A DNA stretch of 64,000 nucleotides from Octopus bimaculoides. Its lineage: Eukaryota. The notes beneath the pieces were generated by a model that was not told the origin of the DNA, did no database searches, and saw only the letters and a program-made list of their open reading frames with translations. The stretch spans positions 93,121,306-93,185,305 of the forward strand of contig NC_068988.1 in NCBI RefSeq assembly GCF_001194135.2, written 5' to 3'. Of this stretch, positions 37,401-49,060 are shown in pieces (the first letter of the stretch is position 1; each line of letters starts with the position of its first letter). The translations under genes were made by a program, and so were the position numbers.

Positions 37401-40400
37401 GGTGCAGTGCTGTACTCAAGAAGACCTGCCCACCACAACAGAATTGAGGTCCTAAAACCAAGAGGCTACATATAAAGCATTGGTGAGGGTGCTGGTGCCA
37501 CGTATAAAGCACTGGTACTGAAGACACATAAAAAGCACCCAATACACTCTGTGTAGTGGTTGGCATTAGGAAAGGCATCCAGCCATAGAAACCAAACCCA
37601 AACAGACTACGGAACCTGGTGTGACCCCTGACCATACTAGCTCCTTGCAAACTGTTCAACCCACACCAGCATGGTAAACGGACATTAAATGATGATGATG
37701 ATGATGACGACGACAACAATGAAAGTTAAGTATGTTCATTGTGGCCAAAGATGATAACAAAGCAGCATCCAAACATTCTGAGGGTAACTATTGAAGAAAA
37801 ATATGCAGCCTTTAGGGTTACTCACAGAAGCCTTATCACAGTAGTTTCCAGAGAACTTCAAATTCTCTCCATAACCAGAAAACTCAGAAAACTTCTCAAA
37901 GCCTTTAATGGTTATGGCTTCATTGTCATCCATAGCTTCCATGAAGAGAGTAGAGGCCAATAATTCAGGACATGTCATATAAATAATTTCCTCCTGAAGA
38001 TTTTAAAAAGAACAAAAAACAATTTTTTTAAAGACAAAAAAAAATCAATTGACGTAAAATTAAATGTCTCTTGTAAATACAAATCAAAAAATAAAAAATT
38101 TCATAAAATAGAAAGCAACTGTTTCCTACCTGGCATCTACCTTTACTCAAAATGTGACCTCCAAGAAATCTGTTAGCAAATCCAATCTGAAATTTAAGAT
38201 TAATAAAATAAATGCATTAATTAAGTGATAAAATTACTAGACATTACAATTAAAACTTCTATCAAATTAACTGAAATGTTTTCACCTCTCAACAGAAAAA
38301 GAGAACCTTTAGTCTTGTTCCAGTCATGACCATCCCTCTAAAGCTCGCAGCTAAGTAATGCCTTGAGCCCTGGGACTCATAGTGCTCGTTGCCCAGTTTC
38401 CATGGCATAGGAGTTTACCAAGAATACAATAATCCTCCTGAACAGGGCACCAATCCATCGTAGGGTCATTCGTTGAGAGCTGAGTAAACTGCAGTCACAT
38501 AAAATGAAGAGTTTTAACTCAAGAATACAACATAGCGTCTGGCTCAAGAGTTGAAACCATGATCTTGTGGTCATGAATGCAACACCCAAACTACTAGGTC
38601 ACGTGCCTCTATTGTAATGCTGGTGCTACAATAAAATGCACACAGGACTCTCTGTAAAAACAAAAAGGTTCCTATTGAGAAGGGCATCCAGTCATAGAAA
38701 CCAAACCCAAAATGAAATGCAAGAGTTTCAAGCATGATGCTAGTCATCAGCCATTTTGAATTCGAATGACAGAAGTTGATTGTTATTACTGTAAGGCGGG
38801 CTGTGATTCGTCAAAGAAGGTCACATGGTGTCATGGTTTGGTGTTGGTATATGGGTAACAGCATGGCTGACAACTAGCATTGCGCTTGAAACTCCAGAGT
38901 ACCAGGTGTTGAGATGTTTTTATCTTTTAGTTAGATTTCTTGGAGGTAAATATTTGATGCAAGAAAGGATGACGTTCCAGAAAAAAGACAAAATATAAAA
39001 ATTATTTACCAACCTTTAAAGTGGCACTACTGGCATCATATGTTTTACCATTTTCTCGAACATAAATAGGACAGAGACTGGTAGAGCAATTCTTCCATGT
39101 TTCCAGAGTTGGACGTTTTCGTGGTTCCATTACCTAAAAATGAACAAAGAGTTGACAGAAATCAGAATTTACATAATGAAGTGTTTTCTTTTGCAAACAA
39201 TTAAAAAACAGCAGAAGTAAAGAGGAATTAGTCTCAGAAGAAAGAAATCTGGCTGTTTCTTGCAATAAACACATCTAAAGCAAAACCTTTTTGTTCATGC
39301 ACCTTTCAAATACTAAGGTGGGTCCCCAATTTACTATTTTGCTTGCTTGGAGTTCCCAGGTCTTATATGGATCCCCGATTGAGATCATCATCATCGTCAC
39401 TTAATGTCTGCTTTCCATGCTGGCATGGGTTGGACAGTTTGACTGAGGGCTGGCAAGCCAGAAGGTTGCACCAAGCTCCAATCCAATCTGGCAATGTTTC
39501 TACAGCTGGATGTCCTTCCTAACGCCAACCACTCCGAGAGTGTAGTGGGTGGTTTTTACGTGCCACCAGCATGAGGGCCAGTCAGGCAGTACTGGCATCA
39601 GCCATGCTTGAATGGTGCTTTTTACATGCCACCGGCACGGGAGCCAGTCAGGTGGCACTGGTAACAACCACGCTCAAACAATGCTTTTAACATACCACCG
39701 GCACAGGAGCCAATCAGGTGATACTGGCAACGACCACACTCGAATGGTGCTTTTTACGTGCCACGGGCACGGGAACCAGTCAGGTGGCACTGACAATAAC
39801 CACGCTCAAATAGTGCTTTTTACATACCACCAGCACAGGAGCCAATCAGGCGGCACTGGCAACAATCAACTGAAAAAATTTTTTTTTAATTTCTGCTAAC
39901 CTGTCGTTGTATTTCAATTTCTCCAGTGAAATATTGGCCGGCAGAAGCAACTCTACGGAAATAATGAAGAATACAACGCAGTTTGGCACACTGGGATTGC
40001 CTAAGGAAATATAAAAACAGACAAATTATTAGTAAAAAATAAAAAGAAATATTTAACATGGCATTAATTTTCTTCATAGGTATCTGAGATCTTTATATGA
40101 TGGAGTAGGTTTTGGTAAAGATATCACCATAAGAAAATATCAAATGGTGCATCTACTTCAAAATAGTCATTTAAAGGGAGAAACATTAAAGAAACAGGAG
40201 GAATAAAAATATTTAGATGTTCCAATATCTTTTCTCACATTTGAGAGACAAAAGTTTTCAACCCATCCCCTTTCTACTCAAACAATAGGCATGGGCATGG
40301 CTGTGTGGTCAGAAGTTTGCCTCCCAACCATGGGGTTCCGGGTTCAGTCCCACAGCATGGCACTTTGGGTAAGTGTTTTCTAGTATAGCCTCAGGTTGAC

Positions 40401-40840
40401 CAATGCTTTGTGAATGGATTTCGTAGATGGAAACTGAACGAAACTTGCCATATGTGTGTGTGTGTCTGTATTTTCCCCCCAACATCGCTTGACATCCAAT
40501 GCTGGTGTGTGTACATCCCTGTAACTTAGCAGTTCAGCAAAAAGAGACCGATAGAATAAGTACTAGGCTTACAAAGAATAAGCCCTGGGGTCGATTTGCT
40601 CAACTAAAAGGTGGTGCTCCAGCATGGCCACAGTCAAATGACTGAAAGCAGTAAAAAAATAAAAGAATAAAAGGATATACACATATATGTGACAGGCTTC
40701 TTTCAGTTTCCGTCTACCAAATCCACTAACAAAGCTTTGACCGGCCCCAGGCTGTAGTAGAAGACATACACTGGGACTGAACCCGGAACCATGTGGTTGA
40801 GAAGCAAGCTACTTACCATACAGCCATACCTGCGCCTATA

Positions 40841-40873
<33 letters not shown>

Positions 40874-43476
40874 NNNNNNNNNNNNNNNNNNNNNNNNNNN
40901 NNNNNNNNNNNNNNNNNNNNNNNNNNNNNNNNNNNNNNNATATATACATATATATATATCTTATGTTCATATGTGGCTGCTGTGTTTTCTCCAATGAATG
41001 AATGAGTGCATATGAAGGAACACTAAAGAAGAAGAAAATATATGGTAATTCCTGCTACTTACAGAGGAAGGTAGCGAAAGAAGTTAGAGAAATTAATATT
41101 ATTTAGCCGCGATGTTTTCTCTTTCTTCCTCTCTGGAAACAGGCACAGAAATGCACATGAAATGATGGCTGACATTAAGTTACGGCTGACTGCAATGCTT
41201 TTGGCTGCGGAAATATAAAAGAAAATCAATAATTACTTCTCTGAGAGGTACAAATAGAAAGGATATAGTTCACTGACTTGTAACAAATGTGTGTGTGTGT
41301 GTGTGTGAATGTATATTTGCATGAACCTAATCGGTCTTATGTGTGTTTCTATGCATCAATAAACATGAGTTGTTGCTTTTAACTGCAGGTCAATCTTAAT
41401 TCAAGCAGACCTATGATTAAAGATGTTTCAGCTACAACCACGCCAACTTTTATTCAGACGCAGAGTATATAATACTACATTATCAATCATCTTCATTGTC
41501 ATTTAACGTCCACTTTTCCAGGTTTGCCTGGGTCAGACAGAATCTATGGAGGCAGATTTTTCTATGGCTGGATACCTTTCTTGTCACCAACACTCACCTG
41601 TTTCTAAGGTAAAATTTCCCCATGGCCAAACAGGTTTTCCATAGCAGATTGCAAATAAAAGACACTGCTTGTATAACAGTGATACTCATTTACAACTATC
41701 ATGCAATATCATGTCACTGCAAGAAGGCACGTACGCACACACACACACAAATTTAAACACAACAACCATCTTTCTACCATTAGGGAACCCAAGGAGACAT
41801 ACATCAACCCTTCCAGTGTTAATCTAGAGACTTAGAGATGTGAACATCAGCTACATCAAATGGAAGATCCTTTCTAAGACAAGACCTTATGGTAAAGATG
41901 TTCCATATGCTTTCTTGAAAAACAATATCTTTTGAAGAACCTAAGAACCTCCAGGGACTATACGAAAACCAAAAGCTGAGATGTTCTCATCATGTCCACA
42001 TAGTACAAAGTACTTGTTAGCAGGAATTAAAGATAAACCACAAGAATTAAAGGTAATCAATTCCAATGTTGGTTTATGAAACTTTCAACACTCATAAAAG
42101 ACTGTCTGCATTTCCTGCACACTCAGTTCTCTCCCTTTGATTGTTTTCTGTCTTTTTTTCAAAACGGGTGTTCATCCAGACTTTGATTACACAAAACAGT
42201 TGCTAAACTGCTTTGTTGACTTTGCTAGTTTGAACAGTAGTGGAAAAAAATTCAACATTCCATCCAGGAAAACCTGGTTAGCTGAATTTCACAAGGCTTT
42301 TTGTGTTTCTTAATTATTATTATTATTATTATTAATGAGGCAGTGAGCTGGCTGAATTGTTAGCAAGCCGGGCGAAATGCTTAGTAGTATTTCGTCTGTC
42401 TTTACGTTCTGAGTTCAAATTCCACCGAGGTCAACTTTGCCTTTCATCCTTTCGGGGTCGATAAATTAAGTACCAGTTGCGTACTGGGGTCGATCTAATC
42501 CCACCAACTTGGGAAAGAAGGACATCACTTGTATGACAGTGACACTCATTTACAACAATCACATGATGTCAAGGCGAGGAGACACCAACTCTCACGTGCT
42601 CACACACGCAAATATACATCATCATCATCATCAACATTTAACATCCATTTTCCATGCTGGCATGGGTGGGATGGTTTGACAGGGGCTGGCCAGGCAGAAG
42701 ACTGCACTGAGCTCCAACCGTCAATTTTGGCATGGTTTCTACAGCTCAATGCCCTTCTAAATGCCAACCACTTTATAGAGTGTACTGGGTGTTTTTTATG
42801 TAGCACCACCACTGACAGGGTCACCAAGTACCTTGCAACACACACATGCAGAATGGGTTTCTTTCAGTTTCCATCAATCAAATCTTACACATAAGGGTTT
42901 TGGTTGGCCCAGGGCTATAGTAGAAAGCACTTGTCCAAGGTGACACACAGTGGGACTTAACTCAGAATTGAATGGTTGGGAAGCAAACCCCTTAACCACA
43001 CGACCACGTCTGGGCCAATATTTCCTAAAACAAAAGAAAGCAACACCTGGTTAAAGATAAGTGAATAGCAACTTACTGCATTGCTTCCGACAGAGAGGTA
43101 TACCTTCCTGTGGAATTAACTCCTTGATATTACAGGCCATATCGATAACGGCAGGGAAGATGAAGTGCAGAAAGCAGTCCTTTTCATCGATGCTAGCAAC
43201 TTGTTCCAGGAAAATCACAAGGCCTTGATAAACACATGGTTGACTTTCAGCTGTAGACAGCTCCTTGGGTTGACTACTGCTGGGGCCTTCATGGTAGGTG
43301 AATGGGGTCGGTGGACCTTTGCTTCTGATCTGCAGGAAAATCTGCTGGTGGAGCTGGGCTAACCCTTGAGGCGTAGCACCAGAACTTTGACAGTAGAACT
43401 GAAGCTGCAGTAGCTGCTGACTTACAATGTTCCAGTGAGGAAGGTCACATGGGAAAATGACCTTCCTCACACCCAT
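30733..43476 (-). CDS. PARG-family (poly(ADP-ribose) glycohydrolase-like) protein with an insert of about 844 aa rich in AKAP-like helices; 10 coding exons, about 1397 aa
   Basis: Exons 43476(acceptor at 43482)-43077, 41204-41063, 40000-39901, 39133-39014, 38186-38130, 37993-37826, 37011-36657, 36010-33702, 32217-32074, 31131-30733. All are GT-AG, phases match, and the total is 4194 nt. PARG motifs in order: SCAFLCLFP, INFSNFF, AKLRCILHYF, FANRFLGGHILSKGRCQ|EEI, PELLAS.LF.EAMDDNEAI.I.G.EKFS.FSGYG, RDLNKCLVGF, NPQLEVLLQWIVAS, TVGDL. The start codon is inferred, and a small extra exon between 33702 and 32217 cannot be excluded. Confidence 0.9.
32074..32217 (-). CDS. PARG-like exon 9 (SNCRALVSSCGIPGSNPQLEVLLQWIVAS...EKLVR)
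   Basis: TTTACAG| acceptor and AGG|GTGAGT donor, 144 nt. This is where the PARG fold resumes. Confidence 0.88.
33702..36010 (-). CDS. PARG-like exon 8, 2309-nt exon encoding the Ser/acidic, AKAP-helix-rich insert
   Basis: A 777-codon stop-free frame with TTTGTAG| acceptor and AAA|GTAAGT donor. Phase 1 in and phase 0 out match the flanking PARG exons. Confidence 0.92.
36657..37011 (-). CDS. PARG-like exon 7 (...AINTLPY...RDLNKCLVGF, then the start of the insert)
   Basis: TTTTCCTCCAG| acceptor and G|GTTGGT donor, 355 nt. Confidence 0.9.
37826..37993 (-). CDS. PARG-like exon 6 (EEIIYMTCPELL...FSGYGENLKFSGNYCDKAS)
   Basis: CTTCAG| acceptor and TCT|GTGAGT donor, 168 nt. Carries the catalytic EE and the tyrosine-clasp equivalent. 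Confidence 0.94.
38130..38186 (-). CDS. PARG-like exon 5 (IGFANRFLGGHILSKGRCQ), signature loop
   Basis: TTTCAG| acceptor and CAG|GTAGGA donor, 57 nt. Confidence 0.93.
39014..39133 (-). CDS. PARG-like exon 4 (VMEPRKRPTLETWKNCSTSLCPIYVRENG...ATLK)
   Basis: TTTTTAG| acceptor and AAG|GTTGGT donor, 120 nt. Confidence 0.9.
39388..39870 (-). mobile_element. Family C retroposon with a (GAT)n RTE-like 3' tail and an internal 66-bp VNTR
   Basis: The minus strand ends ...GGAAAGCAGACATTAAGTGACGATGATGATG. Related copies lie near 6770, 9837, 17778, 22235, 22570, 37490, 46770, 58290, 59640 and 62810. Confidence 0.7.
39901..40000 (-). CDS. PARG-like exon 3 (QSQCAKLRCILHYFRRV...IQRQ)
   Basis: CCTTAG| acceptor and CAG|GTTAGC donor, 100 nt. 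Confidence 0.92.
41063..41204 (-). CDS. PARG-like exon 2 (KSIAVSRNLMSAIISCAFLCLFP...NINFSNFFRYLP)
   Basis: CCGCAG| acceptor and CT|GTAAGT donor, 142 nt. Confidence 0.9.
41850..42035 (+). mobile_element. Penelope-like element, GIY-YIG endonuclease C-terminal remnant
   Basis: IKWKILSKTRPY ... KAEMFSSCPHSTKYLL resembles the PLE C-terminus (I.WKI....PY...C.LC...E...CPH..K.LL). It contains stops. Confidence 0.55.
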
Positions 43477-43482
43477 CCTCTC
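43077..43482 (-). CDS. PARG-like exon 1 (MGVRKVIFPCDLPHW...FLHFIFPAVIDMACNIKEL...)
   Basis: TTTTTCAG| acceptor, ATG at 43476, A|GTAAGT donor. F...FP....A...L is typical of the start of the PARG catalytic region. Confidence 0.85.
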
Positions 43483-43828
43483 CTGAAAAACCAAAAACAA
43501 AAAATTTAATCTCACATTTACAAGGAAAATAACTAATATTGTATGATTGTATATCGTTGCTATCATGCAAAAGGTCTCGTAAGTTCAAAATATAGTTTCA
43601 TCATTCCATAGCGAAACTGTTGTACTACACTTTGACAATTTTTTATATCTTGGCATCTGAAGCAGCTGCAGATACAATAGTTTGACCAAAAGAACCGGCT
43701 GTTGCAAGCGAAAATAAATACGGAAAGAAAAAAGGCATTTGACCAAATTTGGACATACGACACTTTAACATAATAGCAACGATATGCATAAATAAATACT
43801 TTACACAAGTGTGTGTGTGTATGCATGC

Positions 43829-43859
<31 letters not shown>

Positions 43860-44456
43860 CAAGTGAGAAGACAATCAAAAGAAAGGTTCTCAACACATTT
43901 AGTAGGAATTACATGTATCATTTAAAACAGTTTGATTTGGCTCCAAAGCTTCATGGGCCACTTACAGAAACCTAGCTCGTTTAGACTCAGAATTACTAAA
44001 TAATAGATATATATATACATATGTGTGTGTAACCATGTATATGTATGTATGATACATATATATATAGATATATATATATACCGGAGTAAGCACATAAATG
44101 TGAAACAAGGTGGAAAAAGGAGTACTCAAATACCAGAGGTAGAGTAATATGCTTTATTTAAAAGCAGCGAACGGGAACATGAAACTGAGTAACAGCTTTT
44201 GTTATATTTCTGGTACTTTTAAATAAAGTGTGTGTGTATATATATATATATATATAACTGAAAAAATATTATCCACTCAGATGAGAGAAGCCCAAACACC
44301 AACCTGGATGTACATACAATACTACTACAGGGTAGCACTGGGTGAAATCTGGAAGTGGACGAGTTTTATACTGTTCTCTATTACATTCTTAACAGAATAT
44401 ACCATTACTATATATACATGCATGAATGTATCTCTCTCTCACTATATGTGTGTGTG

Positions 44457-44499
<43 letters not shown>

Positions 44500-44514
44500 N
44501 NNNNNNNNNTATAT

Positions 44515-44549
<35 letters not shown>

Positions 44550-46716
44550 TAATCATTTGTATAATTGAAGCATGTAGTATTAGATTTAACAAAGTTGCTG
44601 ACCTTTTCATCAAAGAGCGGTCAACGTTGAGTATAGCACACATATCTTATCTCATGAACTACTTTCTTACAAATGCACAACATATCTAAGAGGTACTCTT
44701 TTAAATGTAACAAGCTTGCAAACACATTTTCACTTGTTTACATGAATTTGGTTTCTGTGGCAATATATTTCTGAAATAAAAACATCCAAATTACCGCAAA
44801 AACCTAGGTTAACAGTACTTTTGTAAATTGTTATAAACATTTATCTGTTATCTAGCATTGACATTTGTCCTTCATGTTTCAGAAGATGACCAAATTAGCA
44901 GCTTAATTCTTTGTAGGTCTTGAGACGGCTTATTAGTTCAATATTCTCATAAAATCCATGCTTACATTGGAGGCACGTAACAGCAGAACCAGGAGCCAGT
45001 GTGGCAGCTCTCCACTCATTAGTTTTTCTGATTATTCCTGCTTTCAGAACATTTTTGTATCACCTCTTTGACCCACCATGTGACAGAGAGTCTCTATCAA
45101 GTGGCAAGATAAAATTCCTAATACTACTGCGCTACAGAGAGCTAATATGTCAAACACATGTTTTCCTAAGTAAACTGCAGTGAAGTGGACATGCATGATG
45201 CCAGACTCCCTAGATATCACACATTAACCCTTTTGTTACCAAATTTCTGTTAAACTATACTGCCTGTTGGAAATTACTATTTGTAAATCTCACAACGAGA
45301 GATATCCAGCAACAGTACTTTGGAGTAGAGATTATTTGCCAACATAACATGGCAGTCCTGGTTTGATGATGATGATGATGATGATGACGATATATTATCT
45401 AATTTAATCTGAGATATCATATCAAATACAGTCTTATATATCATCATTTTGAAGATTTTTCAAGTGTGATCTAACAGAAACATGGCTGCTATTTCTAGCA
45501 GTATTTTATGGTTAGATGACCTTCTGAATGAGAAAAAGCCACAATTCATCTGTTAATTGAAGCGAGAGTGTCTACAGCTGAGTGAAATGTCAATGGTTCA
45601 CTTCCTATCACCAATATTTCCCTCTGTTACAGACAAATATAATTAAATCTCTATTTCTCATCCCCACCCAGCTATGAAAGAGGTTACAATCCATTCATAT
45701 CTCCACACGAAGGTCTCGTCCATACTTATACACTGAGCAGTCCTTGTGTCTTTTTTTCTCACGTGGCTGTGTGGTACGAAGCTTGCTTCCCAACCACATG
45801 GTTCTGGGTTCAGTCCCACTGCATGACACTTTGGGCAAGTGTCTTCTACTATAGCCTCGGGTCGACCAAAGTTTTGCAAATGGATTTGGTAGATGGAAAC
45901 TGAAAGAAGCCTGTCGTATGTATGTATGTATACATCTTTGTGTGTCTGTGTTTGTCCTGTACCACTGACTTGCCAACCGGTGTTGGTGTGTTCACATCCC
46001 TGTAACTTAACAATTTGGCATAAGAGACTGATAGAATAAGTATCGGGCTTAAAAAGAAAAGTACTGGGGTCGATTCATTCAACTAAAATTCTTGAAAGCA
46101 GTGCCCCAGTGTGGCCACAGTCTAATGACTAAAACAAGTAAATGATAGAAGATATTGGCAGAAATACAGAGATTGTAAGTTCAAGACTCACTAAGGATAG
46201 TAATAAGGGGCAGTTGACAAAATTATTAGGGTAACAACTAGAATGCCTTCTAGTATTTATTCTGGCTCTCTCTGATCAGAGTTCAAACCCCGCTTGGTGA
46301 ACTTTTATTTTCATCCTTCATCATCAGCATCATCATCATTTAATGTCCACTTTTCCATACTTTCATGGCAGATTTTTCTACCACCAGATGCTCATCCTGT
46401 CACCAACCCTCACTTGTTTCCAAACAAAGTAATATTTCCGCATGGCTGGACATGCTTTTCACAGAAGACTGCCAACAAATATCCTCACTTGTATTCTTTT
46501 ACTTGTTGCAGTCATTTGACTGTGGCCATGCTGGAGCACCGCCTTTAGTCAAGCAAATCGCCCCAAGGACTTATTCTTTGTAAGCCTAGTACTTATTCTA
46601 TTAGTCCCTTTTGCCGAACCACTAAGTCACAGGGACATAAACACACCAGCATCGGTTGTCAAGCGATGTTGGGAGGACAAACACAGACACACAAACATAT
46701 ACACACACACACACAC

Positions 46717-46751
<35 letters not shown>

Positions 46752-48170
46752 CGAGGCGATGACTACGGACCGAGACCTTTGGAAATGGGCTGTGCGTGAG
46801 AAGACCCGGCAAGCCAAGTAAGATCGTTGCCAGTGCCCCTGGACTGGTTCTTGTGCGGGTGGCACATGAGATGCNNNNNNNNNNNNNNNNNNNNNNNNNN
46901 NNNNNNNNNNNNNNNNNNNNNNNNNNNNNNNNNNNNNNNNNNNNNNNNNNNNNNNNNNNNNNNNNNNNNNNNNNNNNNNNNNNNNNNNNNNNNNNNNNNN
47001 NNNNNNNNNNNNNNNNNNNNNNNNNNNNNNNNNNNNNNNNNNNNNNNNNNNNNNNNNNNNNNNNNNNNNNNNNTTTCGTGCGGGTGACACGTAAAAGCAC
47101 CCACTACACTCTCTGAGTGGTTGGCGTTAGGAAGGGCATCCAGCTGTAGAAACTCTGCCAAATCAGACTGGAGCCTGGTGTTGCCATCCGGTTTCACCAG
47201 TCCTCAGTCAAATCGTCCAACCCATGCTAGCATGGAAAGCGGACGTTAAACGATGATATATATATATACAACGGGCTTCTTTCAATGTCCGTCTATGAAA
47301 TCTACTCACAAGACTTTGGTCGTCCCGAGGCTATAGTAGAAGACACTTGCCCAAGGTGCCACAAGGTGGGACTGAACCCAGAACCATGTGGTTGGTAAGC
47401 AAGCTACTTGTCACACAGCCACTCCTACGCCTGTTGTTTACAATCATCACATTATGTCTAAAGGGTACACACACACACATGTACACGCAACAGATTTCCA
47501 TCGACCAGATCCACACACACAGCTTTTGTCAGCCCATAGCTATAGTAGGAGACACTTGCCCAAAGTGCTGTGCAGTGGGACTGAACCTAAGACCACATGG
47601 TTAGGAAGCAAGCTTCTTACCCACACAGCCATGCTTGTGCCTTCCAAAGATGATAAATAAAGTACCAGTGAAGTACAAGGCTCAAATCACTTCTCCCTCG
47701 CTTTTTTTTTTTTCCAAGAATCAGAAATTTTGCAATGTTAGAAAAGTCATAAGGTGTGGGGGGGGGGGGACACCTGCAGTTTTCCCTTTCTCCAGAAATG
47801 AAGAAGCATGAAGAGAGGGATTAAAATTCTCTCTTCATATGGAAAAACGGTCACTGGAAGCATCTAAAAATGGGCGAATGTGGAGATAAAAAAAAAAACG
47901 AAGATAAAAAGAAACCATTTGTTTAAAGTATAATGTATGATTGCAGAATTGTCAAGTGTTTAATTATAGCACATACAGAGTTGATAATTATATTAATTAG
48001 TGCTTTATCAACTTTGAACATCTACTTAGTCTGAATCCACCACCCAACACCCCCCCTCCTCTTGTCATTAGTGAAATCAGTATCTGTAGATAAAACAAAC
48101 ACCCTAACCCTAATCAGGACTGTGTCTGAGGCTTATTAAATATTCTAAACCGATAATGAGGCTTTTTAGG

Positions 48171-48490
48171 CTCACACGACCTGCTAGAAATAGCAGCTAC
48201 ATTTAATACAATAAACCAATGAAGGGGCCACTACATAATTACAGTCACACAGAGTGCTAGAAATAGCGACTGCGTTTAACACTATAAACCAATGAGGGAG
48301 TCTGTACATAGTCACATGGCTTGCTAGAAATAGCAGCTACATTTAATACAATAAACCAATAAGGGAGCCTCTATATAAATCACAGTCACACAACCTGCAA
48401 GAAATAAAAGCTACGTTAAACACTATAAATCAATGTAAAAATCTCAACAGAGTCACACAAACTGCTAGATATAGCAGCTACATTTCCCCC
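48171..48490. repeat. Tandem array of about 5 units, alternating 73-74 and 67 bp
   Basis: Units begin (G/C)TCACA at about 48171, 48244, 48311, 48385 and 48452, and each contains TGCTAGAAATAGC-like and ATAAACCAAT-like motifs. Confidence 0.85.
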
Positions 48491-48899
48491 AAACCATACC
48501 TACCATCTTTCAAAAGAAAAATAAATACAAATTAAAAGACAAATAAACACAAATTAAAAGAGGACACATTAGATAATGTACTCCTAAAAACACCACAACA
48601 AAGATCAGATGATCTTGAATTGAATGCTTCTGATCAAGTCTTTGATCAAAAGTCTTCTTAGTCAGCACTGACCCGGGGCTAAACATATGAGTAACATTTC
48701 ACACTATGAGAGTTGAATAAGCTCCTTCTCAACTACAGATCACTCCTGTCAGATGCTGATGACACAGGCAAAGATCTTTGGCAAAATGCTCAATAAAAAT
48801 TAGGTTAAATCGACCAAAGATTAATAATTCTCAAACAGCATACCGTGGCACACTGGTGCACCTTAACAGGTGTCTGGGTGCTGTGTGCAGTTTTTTAAA

Positions 48900-49060
48900 A
48901 AATATAATTCAAGGCATTGAGAGGGCACAGCTCCAGTACAAAGGACATGTGGTTGGAATGTCACAGGAAAGAACCACCAGACGGATTCTTCAAGCTGAGC
49001 CAATCAACAGGAGACCAAGAAGATGGTTGGATAGACTCCATTGTTTCAGCTGGTAATGCT
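48900..49060 (+). mobile_element. RTE LINE ORF2 C-terminal remnant
   Basis: IERAQLQYKGHVVGMSQERTTRRIL....RRPRRWLD matches the QLRW.GHV.RM...RP..RW.D pattern. Confidence 0.65.

Noticed and set aside
37150-37719. 189-aa minus-strand ORF inside a PARG-like intron
   Set aside because: It is built from family C repeat copies and has no PARG motif or usable phase-compatible splice sites.
43563-43921. ORFs just upstream of PARG-like exon 1
   Set aside because: They start in (TA)n/(CA)n repeats, have no recognisable protein features, and have no convincing donor to join 43482.
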